A DNA stretch of 64,000 nucleotides, taken from assembly GCF_001194135.2 (NCBI RefSeq), contig NC_068989.1, positions 55,793,238 through 55,857,237 on the forward strand, given 5' to 3'. Numbering within the stretch: position 1 is the stretch's first letter; every line of letters starts with the position of its first letter. The notes under the pieces were generated by a model. It did no database searches, had not been told where the DNA came from, and saw only the letters and a program-made list of their open reading frames with translations. Source of the DNA: Octopus bimaculoides (taxonomy: Eukaryota). Positions 12,173 through 25,619 of the stretch are shown piece after piece. Made by a program: the position numbers and the translations under genes.

Positions 12173-13369
12173 ACAGACAGATATTCATTCTTATATGAAT
12201 GAATGTGGATATGCAAACAAGTAGACCAAATAAAATATTTACATTTGCTACGGTTCTCTGAATGCTCCTAATTCCCCCATTCTATTTATCATGAAATAAA
12301 ACTGCTACAAATTCTATTTCAGTACTTCAATTACCATGCCACTGTTTTTTAACTTATAGCACACACACACACAAATACATTTATTTAAAGGAGGCAAAAA
12401 TGACTGAGTATACAGGATAAAGGACTATAAACAAAGATGTTTCGCTGAATATCTGAAGAAGACCAGTCTAAGTGCTTTAGTTCAAGTCATATGAGAAAAT
12501 AATAAGCACCTCCAGCATCTGTCAAAAATACTCACTATAGACTACCATCCTATCCAGGAGATATGTCTCTCATCTGTTTGATGCTACAGAAACCAGAGTT
12601 AAATAATGTCAATGGAGTATTGTGATTCATGAACTATAAGGTTCTAGATCTGCTTCAGTGTGTGTTGGTGTGCATGCATGTGTATGTCTATGTGAGTGTA
12701 AGTGTAATTGTAGAAGATATGTATGCATTTGTGCATGTGCATGTGCAGTCAAATGCACACACACATTATATGCAGAATAATCTCTAAGAATAAAATAAAG
12801 ACACACACATATACACCTAGATTTTAAATTGCTTGAGCACAATCCAAAATTATCATGTGTCTTCTTAAATAAGATCCAGCAGAGAATCACATTAATGTTT
12901 CACATATATCTATTGACTATAGAAGTTATAACAATGAAGACCCAGTAATCTTTTAGCTAGAGTGTCTTATTTTATCGTTCTCTTAGAGGAATGAAAGACA
13001 GGCTGATTTCTCGGGATCTGCATCTATTATGTCACTAAATTTCTTGCCCAGAGGTATTCAGACGAGAATTCATTCCCTTTCTGATTACACAACGCCATCT
13101 TCAATCCTTTCATAAACATTGAAAAATAGGAGAAGAGGAATTAATGTTATTAATGTGATGATTAGAAATACAAGCTTTCTCCACTAGTTACAACTGTTGG
13201 AAATGATTGTCACCACTCACAGTGTCTTCTTCATATACTCTTTTTTAAACCTGTAAGCTTCAAGTGCAACTTGGAGATGATTTGAGAAGAATTAACTGCA
13301 AAATTTGTTCACCAGGCAAAGATGTATGCTTTAGAAATGTAACACTGCTAATAATGATAATGATGATGT

Positions 13370-13720
13370 TTTAAATTTTGGCACAAAGCCAACAAGTTTG
13401 GGCAAAGGGGTAAGTCAGTTACAAGGACCCGGTGTTCAACTGGTACTTATTTTATTGACCACAAAAGGATGAAAAACAAAGTCTACCTTGGCAGAATTTA
13501 AACTCAGAACATGAAGACAGACAAAATAACACTAAGCATTTTCCCAGCAGGCTAACGACTCTGCCAGCTTAAAGCTTCAATAATAACTATATGCACAAGG
13601 CCTAAAATTTTAGCAGGAGGGGCAAGCCAGTTACATCAGTGCTCTTCAACTACAAATGGATGAAAGGTGAAGTTGATCTCAGCAGAATTTGAACTCAGGA
13701 CACAAGGATGGACAAAATGC
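13370..13720 (-). mobile_element. Two SINE family B copies
   Basis: tggtacttattttattgacc...tttaaactcagaac, and gaatttgaactcagga. Confidence 0.7.
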
Positions 13721-13737
13721 TGCTATATATTTATATA

Positions 13738-13872
13738 TAGGTGCAGGCATAGCTGTGTAGTAAGAAGTTCGTTTCTCAACCACAGGGTTCTGGGTTCAGT
13801 CCTACTTCTACTATAGCCTTGGGCCAATCAAAGCCCAATGAGTGGATCTGGTAGACAGAAACTGAAAGAAGC

Positions 13873-13916
<44 letters not shown>

Positions 13917-14310
13917 TCCTGAACAGGACATAAGGTAAGTTGTCTCACATGTCCATGACTGACCTTCAGGTATTTTAATACTTGGTGCTTTAAGAGTATC
14001 ATTTCCAAAGCATCGAATTGCAGCCAACTGGCAAACTAGCAAAGCACATACATAAAGAATGCATGCTCAATACATGTATGTGTGGGGGTGGGGGGTGCAT
14101 GTGTGTATGTTTTTGTGTCTTTGCTTGTCACTTGATAATAGGTGTTGGTGTGTTTACATCCCTGTAACTTAGCAGGTCAGCAAAAGAACTGATAGAATAA
14201 GGGCTAGGTTTGAAAAAAAATAAGTACTGGGATTGATTTACTTGACTAAAATTCTTCAAGGCAGAGCCCCAGTATAGCTGTAGTCTAATGACTGAAACAA
14301 GTAAAAGACA
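13738..14310 (+). mobile_element. SINE family A (head with deletion, interrupted interior)
   Basis: Head ggtgcaggcatagctgtgtagtaag 13738-13880; tail gactgaaacaagtaaaagac about 14290-14310. Confidence 0.7.
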
Positions 14311-14815
14311 AAGGACATATCAGATAATGCTTCATGAAAAGGTATACATGAAAAGTATACCATTCTACTAAACTTCTCTTGCTAAAACAGAAATAATTTT
14401 CATTAGAAATGTATTCTAAACAATGGAAGCTAGGCTACATATTGTAAGCCAGACATGTCTATTTTGATCATCTAGTACATAAAATGAGTTCCCTGTTCAT
14501 GATGTTTTTAAACATACATTATTTTCATTAAACAACACATTCCATGTTCTCTTGTGGAAGATAATGACTCACAGCTTAGGGGGTTGTTTTGCTTGTTTTA
14601 CTTCACCTGTTTCATTGTCAGACAAATATAGATCAATATAGTTTTGCCATCTCTTAACCAGCTCTCTTTTGGGCTTGATTCTATGCAAGGAAATCCCTGT
14701 CACCTTCATCAACTTTCAGGTATGTATTTTTAAAGCCAAGTGTCTCCTGATGTCAACTGAAGAAGCTCATGCCCCACTCCAACTTAAAACAAACAGAGGT
14801 GAAATGGAAAAAAAT

Positions 14816-14816
<1 letters not shown>

Positions 14817-14874
<58 letters not shown>

Positions 14875-15630
14875 TATGGTTTCACATTTTGCCACAAGGG
14901 CAGCAATTTGGGGGGAGGAGATGAGTTGATTACATTGACCCAGTGTTCAACTGGTACTTATTTTATCAACCCAGAAAGGATGAAACGCAAAGCTGACCAT
15001 GGTGGAATATGAAGTGAGAACATGAGATCAAATGAAATACTGCTAAACATTTTGCCCGGCATGTTAATGATTCTGCCAACTTATGATGGTTTCAAATTTT
15101 GCCACAAGGGCAGCAATTTTGTGGGAAGGGATGAGTCGATTACATCAACCTCAGTGTTGAACCCTGAAAGGATGAAAGGTAAAGTCAACCTTGGCAGAAT
15201 TTGAACTCAGAACGTAGTGATGGGCAGAATACTGCTAAACATTTTGCCTGGTGTGCAAATGTTTCTGCCAGCTCACTGCCTTAATAATAATAATAATAGT
15301 AATCAGTAAACAAGTATCACTTTAGTCTGCTGGTTGTGGGCAGCTGACACTTTCCATCATAGCCAGCAAAATAAGCTGAGAGTTTTCATCAAATAATAAT
15401 AATAATAAAAATAATAATCTCTTCTACTATAGGCAAAAGGCTTAAAATTCTGGGGAGGGGGATAGTTGATTACATCGACTCCAGTACTCAACTGGTACTT
15501 ATTTGGTTGACCTCAAAAGAATGAAAAGCTAAGTCAACCGCAGCAACATTTGAACTCAGAACACGAAGACAGGTGAAATACTGTTAAGCATTTTGCCTGG
15601 TTTGCTAACAATTCTGCCAACTCACTACTT
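14817..15630 (-). mobile_element. Three tandem SINE family B copies with AAT/ATT-repeat junctions
   Basis: Repeated tttgccacaagggcagcaattt...tggtactta...tttgaactcagaac blocks at about 14880, 15090 and 15420. Confidence 0.8.
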
Positions 15631-15644
15631 TAATCATCATCATC

Positions 15645-16000
15645 ATCATCATCATCATTTAACGTCTGTTATCCAAGCTGGCATGGGTTGGACAGTTTGA
15701 CCAAGGCTGGTAAGCTGAGAGGCTGCACCAGACTACAGTTTGATTTGGCATGGTTTCTTGAGCTGGATGCCTTTCTTAATGCCAACTACTCCGAGAGTGT
15801 AATGGGTGCTTTTATGTGCCACTAGCATAGGTGCTAGTTGCATGACACCAGAATCTGCTACGACTACATTTTCACTTGGCTTGATGGGTCTTCTACTTAA
15901 GCACAGCATACTGCCAAAGGTCTCAGTCATTTGTCATTGCCTCCGTGAGGCCCAACACTCGAAGGGTGCTTTTTATGTGCCACTGGCACAGGTGCCAGTT
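15645..16000 (-). mobile_element. RTE LINE 3'-UTR fragment
   Basis: (CAT)n then catttaacgtc...gctggcatgggttggac...gctggatgcc...gggtgcttttatgtgccac. Confidence 0.8.
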
Positions 16001-16114
16001 AATAATGGTAATAATACAGGAAAGTATTAGATAGCATGGTACTGTAGGCTGCAGGCAGCAAGCCCACTACGCATGAAAGACTCCAGGAGTTCCACCAAAA
16101 GCTGAGCTAAAAAG

Positions 16115-16138
16115 AATAATAATAACAACAACAACAAC

Positions 16139-16205
<67 letters not shown>

Positions 16206-16218
16206 GTAATTGTAATAA
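16115..16218. repeat. (AAC)n/(AAT)n microsatellite
   Basis: Direct inspection. Confidence 0.95.
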
Positions 16219-16794
16219 TTTTTTAATGCTACATCAAAGCAATATACTCTAAATTTTGTCATATGAGATACCTTTCATTAAAGTGTAGCACAAAGAGAGA
16301 TGTACAAAGATAAATGCAAAATTCTCAGTTAACAATGCTGTAATTCTCTGAGCAATCCATATTTATAGAGCTAACATTTAGAAAGGACAGTGAGTGCTAA
16401 TTCAATTGTCATAAGATTAAGCTTTTTCTTTCTGATGGCTTTACCAACATAAACAAGTTAGGACTATATTGAGTCCTTGTAGAGAGAGCATGACGCTTTA
16501 TGGGTAAAAAGCCAAAGAAATAAAGGCTAGATCCAATGTGAAGGTATAAATTAGCACATGTTCAAAATAGAGCAAAAGAACTCTATTGAAAAGAAACTTA
16601 CTTAACTCAAACAAATTCAGTGTAATTACAATATTTTCTTAAGAGCATAAATGATTACAAACAGTTCTTCTCAATACTGGCACTTAAGAAACTATATTCC
16701 CTCAACCCACATTTTGACAGTTAGCTTTTGAAGTGAAACCTACAAAAGAGGCAAGTTTCAAGTATGTTCAAATAGATTTTAGAGCTGTTACATA

Positions 16795-17149
16795 NNNNNN
16801 NNNNNNNNNNNNNNNNNNNNNNNNNNNNNNNNNNNNNNNNNNNNNNNNNNNNNNNNNNNNNNNNNNNNNNNNNNNNNNNNNNNNNNNNNNNNNNNNNNNN
16901 NNNNNNNNNNNNNNNNNNNNNNNNNNNNNNNNNNNNNNNNNNNNNNNNNNNNNNNNNNNNNNNNNNNNNNNNNNNNNNNNNNNNNNNNNNNNNNNNNNNN
17001 NNNNNNNNNNNNNNNNNNNNNNNNNNNNNNNNNNNNNNNNNNNNNNNNNNNNNNNNNNNNNNNNNNNNNNNNNNNNNNNNNNNNNNNNNNNNNNNNNNNN
17101 NNNNNNNNNNNNNNNNNNNNNNNNNNNNNNNNNNNNNNNNNNNNNNNNN
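16795..17149. other. Assembly gap
   Basis: Run of N. Confidence 1.
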
Positions 17150-17289
17150 CAACAAGTAGCTGGCTTTCTACTGCAAAGAACTCATGTGAAATGTAATTAA
17201 TAACTGCTCTCTACAAGACAGGTTGAGACAAACGGAGAAATATGCTATACCTTAGGAACCAAGACAGAAACAGAATTTGTTCGGTATTG

Positions 17290-17625
17290 AGGGTAAAGAC
17301 CCCTTTCAATCATGAATGACCATGGGATTGCACCTAGAAATTTATACTCTGAGGCACAAGTCCAGGTAAGGTTGTTTATGGAAGACCAGCAATCATCCAT
17401 GCATAACAGTCTTCCCTCTCCAAGCCACCGATGTTATCCAAGGGAAAGACAAAGGCCAATGCAGCTTGGCACCATTGACGTCATTACTCATTTCTACAGC
17501 TGAGTGAACTGGAGCAACAAGAAATAAAGTGTCTTGTTCAAGAATACAACACACAACCTGATCTGAGAATCGAACTCACTACCACTACCCAACGCTCTAA
17601 CTGTTGAGCCATGCACCTTCAGAAT
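17290..17625 (-). mobile_element. tRNA-derived SINE family D (Meta-like core)
   Basis: Reverse-complement copy of 37085-37420; core cttgaacaagacacttt...gctccagttcactcagctgtagaaatgagt. Confidence 0.8.
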
Positions 17626-17694
17626 TATAGGTATCATTTGTATTAATGAACAAAAGTCAAAAGCTGATAATTTATTGCTTTGGGGCTGACTACC

Positions 17695-17922
17695 TTAACT
17701 CTCTAGCATTTAATCTAACCATATCCAGCCCAAATATTCTACCTATTTTATGTTAAAACTGACCAGATTTAACCACTCACACCTACCCTACAATGCCCTT
17801 CTAAAAATATACAAACACAGCATTGAAGTTTTGAAGCTACAAAATAATGTGTGATTAATTTAAAACAATGTGAATAAATAAACAATACATTTGACAAAGA
17901 AATCAGAATGCTAAAGGGTTAA
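17695..17922. mobile_element. piggyBac-type MITE
   Basis: ttaa|ctctctagcatt ... aatgctaaaggg|ttaa; inverted copy at 40159-40387. Confidence 0.8.
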
Positions 17923-18939
17923 TGACTATTACTCATTTGTTTTACAATTAATTTATTGGTTGGAGTTCAATGTTAAATATTTTCTATTAGTACAAAACAA
18001 AACGATTACCACTTACTGAATTCGTAACAAAAAATTTAATTAAGCAATATAAGTTTTTATTTCCTGATTAAATTTACCATTTCATAATATTATTTTCAAA
18101 ATATAGTTCATAGATATTTAGCTGATAGTGTTTGTCTGAATTAATTAAAACAAGAAAGCATGCCAAAGTTCTATTCCAATAAAACAAAATAGAAAATACC
18201 ACCTACTTAATCAAAATAGTCTTTATTATATATACACACACACACACACACAGCACAGCATGTAATGGAGAAAGTCCTTAGAAAGGCCACATGTCCAGAC
18301 TTGTGTTCCTTGAAAACCATAAATAAGCTCAGCACTTGATTTTAACAATAGCCTTTGTCACACAGAACACAAACGTTTCTGGTTCACAAGCAGAAAAAAT
18401 GAAAGAAATAAAAATAAGTACTTAAATTCTAATTGCTTTTCAAATAAATATAAAAATAGTATTGGTTGAATAACATAAGACAGAAAATAAAACTTTAGCA
18501 GCTAAGGTATCAAATTAAAGTGGCTAACACTGGTTCAATCCTCTAACTAGGTTTAGTGCTCTCACCATTCACTTACATGTAACTAATTGCTGGTGACGGC
18601 AATTTTAAAATACTCATTCAGATGAAAATCATTTTAATCTCTAGTGAAATAAAACACCAACCCAAATGAATCTGTTTTATTGCCCAACTGAATTTATTTT
18701 ATTTTAAGCTTCCCTAAAGCTGAAAAACTGGTGTGCAATAGCAAAGGCTTAACCCCACTCTTCTATGTATCACAAGATAAAGCACTTCTTTACCGCTTCA
18801 TATTTGGCAGGCAATCATTTATTGGCAATAATACAAATCTAGTGAAACCTAGCATTTAAACTTTTAAATGTGATACTCAGTTATTCTGCCAAATAGAATG
18901 GGTGTATAAAACTAGATATATTAAAAAAAAAATAAACAA

Positions 18940-19365
18940 TAGGTGCAGACATGGCTGTGTGGTTGGGAAGCAAGCTTCCTTCCCAACCACATGGTTTCAG
19001 GCTCAGTCTCAGTGTGTGGTATCATGGGCAAGTGTCTTCTTCTATAGTCTTGGGCCGACCAAAGCCTTGTGAGTGGATTTAGTTGACGGAAACTGAAAGA
19101 AGCCTGTCGTATATGTATGTTTGTCTTTGTGTCTGTTTCTCCCCCCCCCCTCACCACCACCACCACCACTTGACAGCTGGAGTCAGTGTGCTTTTGTTTA
19201 CCTCCCTGTTACTAAACAGTTCAGCAAAAGAGACCGATAAAATAAGTACTAGGCTTAAAAAAAGTAAGGCCTGAGTTTGAGTTGCTAGGCTAAAAGCCTT
19301 CAAGGCGGTGCCCCAGCATGGGTGCAGTCAAGTGACTGAAATAAGTAAAGGATAAAAGATATCAT
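18940..19365 (+). mobile_element. SINE family A, full length
   Basis: Head ggtgcagacatggctgtgtgg, tail gactgaaataagtaaaggataaaag. Confidence 0.85.
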
Positions 19366-19573
19366 ACACTTAATACTTGTTTTCTGTTTCAACATTATTT
19401 TCACAATCTGTATATTCCAACAAAGTTTCTGGCCTCAGTTGATGGACCAAGTTATACATCAAAATAATTCTTAAGAAGAATGAGAATACATAGCACAAAT
19501 AATGACCTTCTAATGAAGTTCAACTCAGACTGACAAACTAAACCTTTTTACTGCTTATTTAGTGTACTGGATC

Positions 19574-20535
19574 TATGAAGTGGTATCAAAAGGTTCCTGG
19601 ATTAGTTATGTTTAATAGAAAATAACTTATTTACCTCAGTTTTAACATCATCTCCTTCAAAATAGTCACCTTGTGCAGCAATACACCCGTCCCAGCATTC
19701 CTGCCACTTTGAGAATCCAGCCTGGAAGTCATTTTCCATAAGTAAGTCAAAGACCTTCTGCAATTTACTCTGAATCTCAACAATGGTGTTAAAATAGCAA
19801 CCTTAGAGCTGCATTTTCATCTTGGGGAAGAGATGGAAGTCCACAGATACTAAATCTGGCAAATAGGGTGGGTGTGGATGCGATAGCATGTTGTTTTTGG
19901 TGAGAAACTCATGAGTGAGGAAAGATCAGTGACAGGGTGTATTGTTGTCATGAAGTATCTAATTCTTCACATTCCACAAATCCGGTCGCTTTCTCCGAAT
20001 GTCCTCCTTTAAATGCTTCAATATGTTACACTAGAACTCTTGATTGACTGTCTAGCCCTGGGAGACGAATTCTAAGTGCAACTACCACAAAACCAGGTGT
20101 GACACCCATGGCAGTTCTTCGAGATTGCTCATTGTCTTCCAAAGACGTTCTTCCACTTTTGATGTACCTGTGCTACTCGAAACATTGCATATGACCCATT
20201 GCTTTGTTGCCGTACGCTTTCCAAAGCATGCTCAATGTCTCAAACAGACTTCCCAAGTTTGACACAAAATTTCATGTTAGCTCTTTGTTCCTGTCTATGA
20301 CAAAATCGCAGACTACAGACTACACATAATCGCAGATTACACATAATTGCAGACTACAGACTACACATAATCACAAAATCACAAATTTCACAACTTGCAA
20401 AGTAAGCGCAGTAATGTCACTCCGTACACTGCCTTATGAAGGTCACTGCTAGATCTCACTGCACATGCAACTGTGTGCTGCCATCTGTTGGCATGCTATA
20501 GAACTAGTCCAGGAACTTTTTGATACTATCGTGTA
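19574..20535 (-). mobile_element. Mariner (Tc1/mariner) element, internally deleted, inactive
   Basis: About 33-bp TIRs tatgaagtggtatcaaaaggttcctggattagt / actagtccaggaactttttgatactatcgtgta with TA ends; transposase remnants KSGRTSLEDNE and LHLEFVSQG*TVNQEF*CNILKHLKEDIRRKRP. Confidence 0.9.
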
Positions 20536-21449
20536 TGTGTTTCTCTATGGCATTCAATCAGATACTTTGATATTCCGTGCACTTATATATAGCAAACAAG
20601 AAACCACTCAACAAGCATAACTTTCCTAAAGCACGAGTACACCATTCCAACATACCAGCTCCTTTTATACTGTAAATCTATATTATCTTAGACCATTCAT
20701 TCATATATTGAATTGTGAACTAACAGAAAAATAGCTTGTTTTCCAGTTTATATTTGGTGGATACAACAAAATTTCAATTATCATTTAAATTAACTGTCAT
20801 CCAAATCTGACTAGAGATACATGACTTGTTGTTAGTGCAAACATTGATTGTGGATAGAAGTAAATTTGGATGTCTAGCTTATATTCCTTATACTCTCTTT
20901 TACTTTTCTGTTTCACCAAAACTGTTCTTAAAATCAGAACTTGCAAGTGTTAGTTTTCTACAGAAGCACTAGAAACATTCATTTTGAATTCTGAATTTTC
21001 AGATTGTTGAGATACTTTGGCTTATCATCTCTCTACAAGAGTTGATAAAAATAAAATCAATAGTATGTACAGGTACCACAAAAAAAAAGCATCCAATACA
21101 CTTTGTAATATAGTTGATAAAAGGAAGGGCATCTAGCTGCAGAAACTATGCTAAAGCGGACATTGGAGCTTGACACAGCCTTCTGGTTTGTCAGACACTG
21201 ATGAACAGTTTAAGCTATGCCAGCAAGAAAGACAGATGCTAAATGATGATGCTGATGAGAGATCAAGATTTTCAAAAGTAGTTTTCTATTATTCAAAGTT
21301 TCATCTTTTTTCTATGGGAAATGTAATTTTAGATTATTGCTTTGCTTTCCTTTGGATTATTTGAATGTACAAACGGGTAATTTTGAGTCCATAGTGCAGA
21401 CATGTTACATCACTGAGATTTCCAACAATAAGTACCACATATCTGTTCA

Positions 21450-22780
21450 GCCCACATCTACAACTTCATGGTGTAAGATGAAAATCACCCATGGACCATT
21501 AATATAACAACAAGTATCTAATTTGTAACTGGTTAGTAATATTACAAGAAACATTTATGCAAATATTATTTCTAGCTTATGCTAAACTGCAATTTGGAAT
21601 GGTGTTAAAGTTGATAATCAAAGCAGGAGTCATGCAGGGCTGTATATTAACACTAATGTTATGATAATTGATTTTTAACTAAAAAAAAAAAAAGGCAGGT
21701 CAACAAAAAAAAAGTAGTATATTATAAACTAAAAGCATTGGTGAAATAAATTCACTAATTATTTGGCTCTGCTTATTATGGGAAAAGAAACAAACATTAA
21801 CCTTCTTTGCACTAACCACTTTGTTCAGTTCTTCATCCCTAGAATAGATATCTCTTCCCTGCTCATGTCTTTCTTGTTGGTGTTGAACTACAACAGTTTA
21901 AATCAGTGATTCTCAACCAGGGTCCACATAGCCCTTGGGGGTCCATATAAGATTTTGTTACTAAAAATTATGTGTAATACATTGCTTATACTTTTACAGT
22001 ACACAAAATATTTTAATTTTTATACAATTCCTAGTAATATTTAATTATAAAAATACAGTATGGTTTTTTAAAAATACATTGAATGACTATGGAGGTCCAG
22101 TAAAGTAAAATAAGAATCAAAGAGATGCATAGGCAAAAAATCGTTGAGAACCACTGGCTTAAATAGCATCAAACCCACCAGTCTTGGAGGGCCTGAAAGA
22201 ATCATGGGCTCTACTGCATCCTCCAGACTCAGTAAGTAAAAAGAATGAAAGAAACTAGGAAAATACGATAAAATATTTAGGAACCAAAGATGCCAATGAG
22301 TGATCAGTTTAAACTTTATGGCTAAAATTCAAGACAAAAATAACTTAGTATATCTGGGAAGTGACATCATTTGCAGTTATAGCATTACTGCAGGCCAGAT
22401 CAACTAGAAAGTTAATGAATTAATAAATGCATTTATTAAATCAAAATATATATTTTTTAATGAAAGACATTGTGTCACATATTAAACAGGGACTATTCAG
22501 ATCTCAACATTTTGTTTTACATGAGACAGACAACAACATACCTGAAAGCATTACTAAAGGTAAATTATGAATGTTATATCACAATAACAAAAAGTCCTTT
22601 GTGTTCTTTTACATATCATGAAGGTATGTCATTTCATTTAGGTTGGACCATTTATAAGAATGAATGATTGTCATATCACTAAGCATTTCAACCACCAGAG
22701 AAAAACAAAAGAAAGACACAGGTGGCAATGGAGTGGCAACCTGAAGAATGAGTTGAGTTTGCATGGTATGTCAATGGTAG
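21450..22780 (+). mobile_element. Heavily decayed RTE-like LINE remnant
   Basis: Fragments KAGVMQGCIL (GVRQGC motif) and VYLGSDII; interrupted by a hAT MITE. Confidence 0.45.
21904..22156. mobile_element. hAT-type MITE
   Basis: TIR cagtgattctcaac / gttgagaaccactg; TSD gtttaaat / gcttaaat (7/8). Confidence 0.85.
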
Positions 22781-24404
22781 GCCTAATGATACTTGCACTT
22801 GACTGAATGAGAGATTAACCAACTTATACTAGCAACAGAATATAAACTTTCGATTCTTCAGCTCAGAAGCTGATATCCATTTAATCAAAGAATTCTTCTG
22901 AACCACAAAGTTTTAAGCCTTAGCAATCAATCATTTAATTCCCATTTTGTTCAACAATAACAAAAAGGAAAAGAAAACAAAATTTCTTTCCAGAAAACTA
23001 AAAACAAAAAGTAAACGCTATGAGAAATATTTGGACATCCTACAAAAACTTTACATTCAATAATATTCTAAATTCAATAATTATTTAAATAGAAGCTCTT
23101 AATTATAATCCCACATAGGACAAGTACATAAAACTAGCTGCTATCATAGATTTTGAATTTCCCATAGAAAAGAAAAAAAATATCTGCACAGACCCACTCA
23201 TTTATAATAGCAAGCCAGTAAGTGACTAGTGACAACTTTGCATACAATCCCTTCCGTCCCATATACACACACCTAACTCTGTACAACAATACTACTCATA
23301 CATTCCAAGCAACATCTATTCAATTTGACCAGCATGTCTCATATTTCTTGAGAATTCAACATGCATTGATGAATGTAAGAAGGAGCCATACACTGACACT
23401 GAGGTAATAATTTTATAGCAGAATGAAATTAAAATTACAAAGCTAAATAAAAAACAACACAAATTAATAACAAAAGCTATTGAGGTAGAGTAAAGAATGT
23501 ATTGTACCATTACACAACGTGGAAACACTGCAAATAAACCAATCTATTCACCAACCATTTACATAGTAAAATGTTGTATAGTAAATAGGGAGGTAATGAA
23601 AATATGTATGATACATCTAATTTACACAAAAGACATACCATCACAGTATTATAACATTTGAATAACACCAAGGGACTACAAATGAAATATAGACCTACAA
23701 TAGAGAGTAGACGTACCAAAAATACTGTATTATTAGCTAATATTAAGTCATTATAAATAAATCCCAACAAATGAGAAGGCTTTAGCACTTCATACAAGGA
23801 GCAAACATTCCATATTTATATGTTTATGTTTGTTTTGGGCATATGTAAATCATCTCTTATACTGCTAACCTCTTGTTAGATCTTTTTCCCCCGGAACCAG
23901 TTATACTGTTATCTTATTGGCTGAGCTATTAGTATCACACCCAAACCTCTACTTGGAGAATAAAGTGCTAAACTTTGTCTGGCCTATTTCTTAGAACCTG
24001 TTTGACAAGGTTTAGACTTACTGGATATTAGAACCCCAGTGCTTTAGCTTTCAGCGAAATGGAAACACAAACCTTTCCATCAATATAACTATACTGGTGT
24101 CTAATATCTGTACAAAGGCCACATAAAACTGAGAATAATCTTCTTCAGTTTTAGACGAAACATTACCACCAGAATTGAAATATTTTAACATCAAACTTTA
24201 CATCATTAGTCAAGGGACTGTTTAAGTGTATATCTCATGCACATATATTTGATTACATATATTAATGTTGTCTGTGTGCTTATTTTAGTATTGTGTTGTG
24301 TTTAGACGTGATGTATTTCAGGTTTGTACAAGGAAGGTGTAGTACTTATATTTTCTTTCTAGTAAGACAGCTATAGAAGTTCTAAGCAAAAAGTAAGCAA
24401 CTAT

Positions 24405-24712
24405 ACCAAGTATTCATTAAGCTAGAGAAGACCTTTGACAGGGTGGGTTTCACATTCTGTGGTATGATAGCTGCTAAGAAAATTCAGTGTGGTTGAACAG
24501 CTAATGAGAACCATGCAAACCTTGTACAGAGATGTCATTAGCAGACAAGTAGGTGGTGATTTGGACTCAGCTCTCATCCAACCTCTTGTTTATGAAGTGT
24601 TTACTAAAGTTGCTCAGGCCATAAAAGAGAAATTTAAGAATAACTGCCTGTAGGAACATCCATATACTGATGATCTAGTTCTTACAGATGAATCAACAAA
24701 AGTACTTATTGT
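24405..24712 (+). mobile_element. RTE LINE RT fragment
   Basis: FIKLEKTFDRV, LRKFSVVEQLMRTMQTLYRDVIS, and YTDDLVLTDES (YADD-like). Confidence 0.7.
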
Positions 24713-24714
24713 AT

Positions 24715-24990
24715 TAAAGTTTGGTACTTATTCTGTCAGTCTCTTTGACTGAACTGTTAAGTTACAGGGATGTAAACACACCAACACCAGTTGTCAAGCA
24801 GTGGTGATGGGACAAACACACACACAAACATGACAGGCTTCTTTCAGCTTCTATCTACCAAATCCACTCACAAGGCTTTGGTCAGCCCAAGGCTATAATA
24901 GAAAACACTTGCCCAAGGTGTCATGCAATGGGACTGAACCCGGAATCATGTGGTTGAGAAGCAAGCTTCTTACCACACAGCCACACCTGT
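24715..24990 (-). mobile_element. SINE family A
   Basis: Family A body and head, inserted between RTE fragments. Confidence 0.8.
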
Positions 24991-24994
24991 TAGA

Positions 24995-25263
24995 GCACAT
25001 GAACAACAGAAGACAAATGAACTGAGAGAAAAACTGAATAGAAGAGGAAAGTGACAAGGTGTGCAGGATGGCAATTAGGTATAGAATTTCCGAGCACTCC
25101 AAGTGAAGGAATTTAGAAAACAAGAAGACCAAAAAGTGGATGGGAACAAGTGGTGAAGTCTGATCTAAGGAGGCTGAATCTCACAAATGGGATGATAAAG
25201 GATCACAAGTAGTAAGATACTTTGCTTGAGAAACTTGTCCAATCCATGGAAAAAGAAATAGAG

Positions 25264-25329
<66 letters not shown>

Positions 25330-25330
25330 G
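24995..25330 (+). mobile_element. RTE LINE 3' fragment with (GAT)n tail
   Basis: EQQKTNELREKL remnant, ttgtccaatccatgg, long (GAT)n. Confidence 0.55.
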
Positions 25331-25619
25331 TGATGACATTCCACTCTTTCCCTCATATATTGGCAGGTCACAGATCAAACAAAATTAAAACTTCACAGTA
25401 AACATGAATGCTTCATTCATTCAAAATGAAAAATCAAATACTGTCTGATGCTACTGCAGTAAAACGTTAATCACATCATAAAAATAGAAAATTGACTTTT
25501 GGTTTTTCTTTTGTAATATATATAATCAAATATATGTGCATAAGATATATATTTGGTGGTTTGGAGTCATGCATTTGGCACCAACAACATATAAATAGCA
25601 ACACAAAATTGACTCTTTA

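Noticed and set aside
12536-12583. Exon-like segment with good splice sites
   Set aside because: Stop codons in all three frames.
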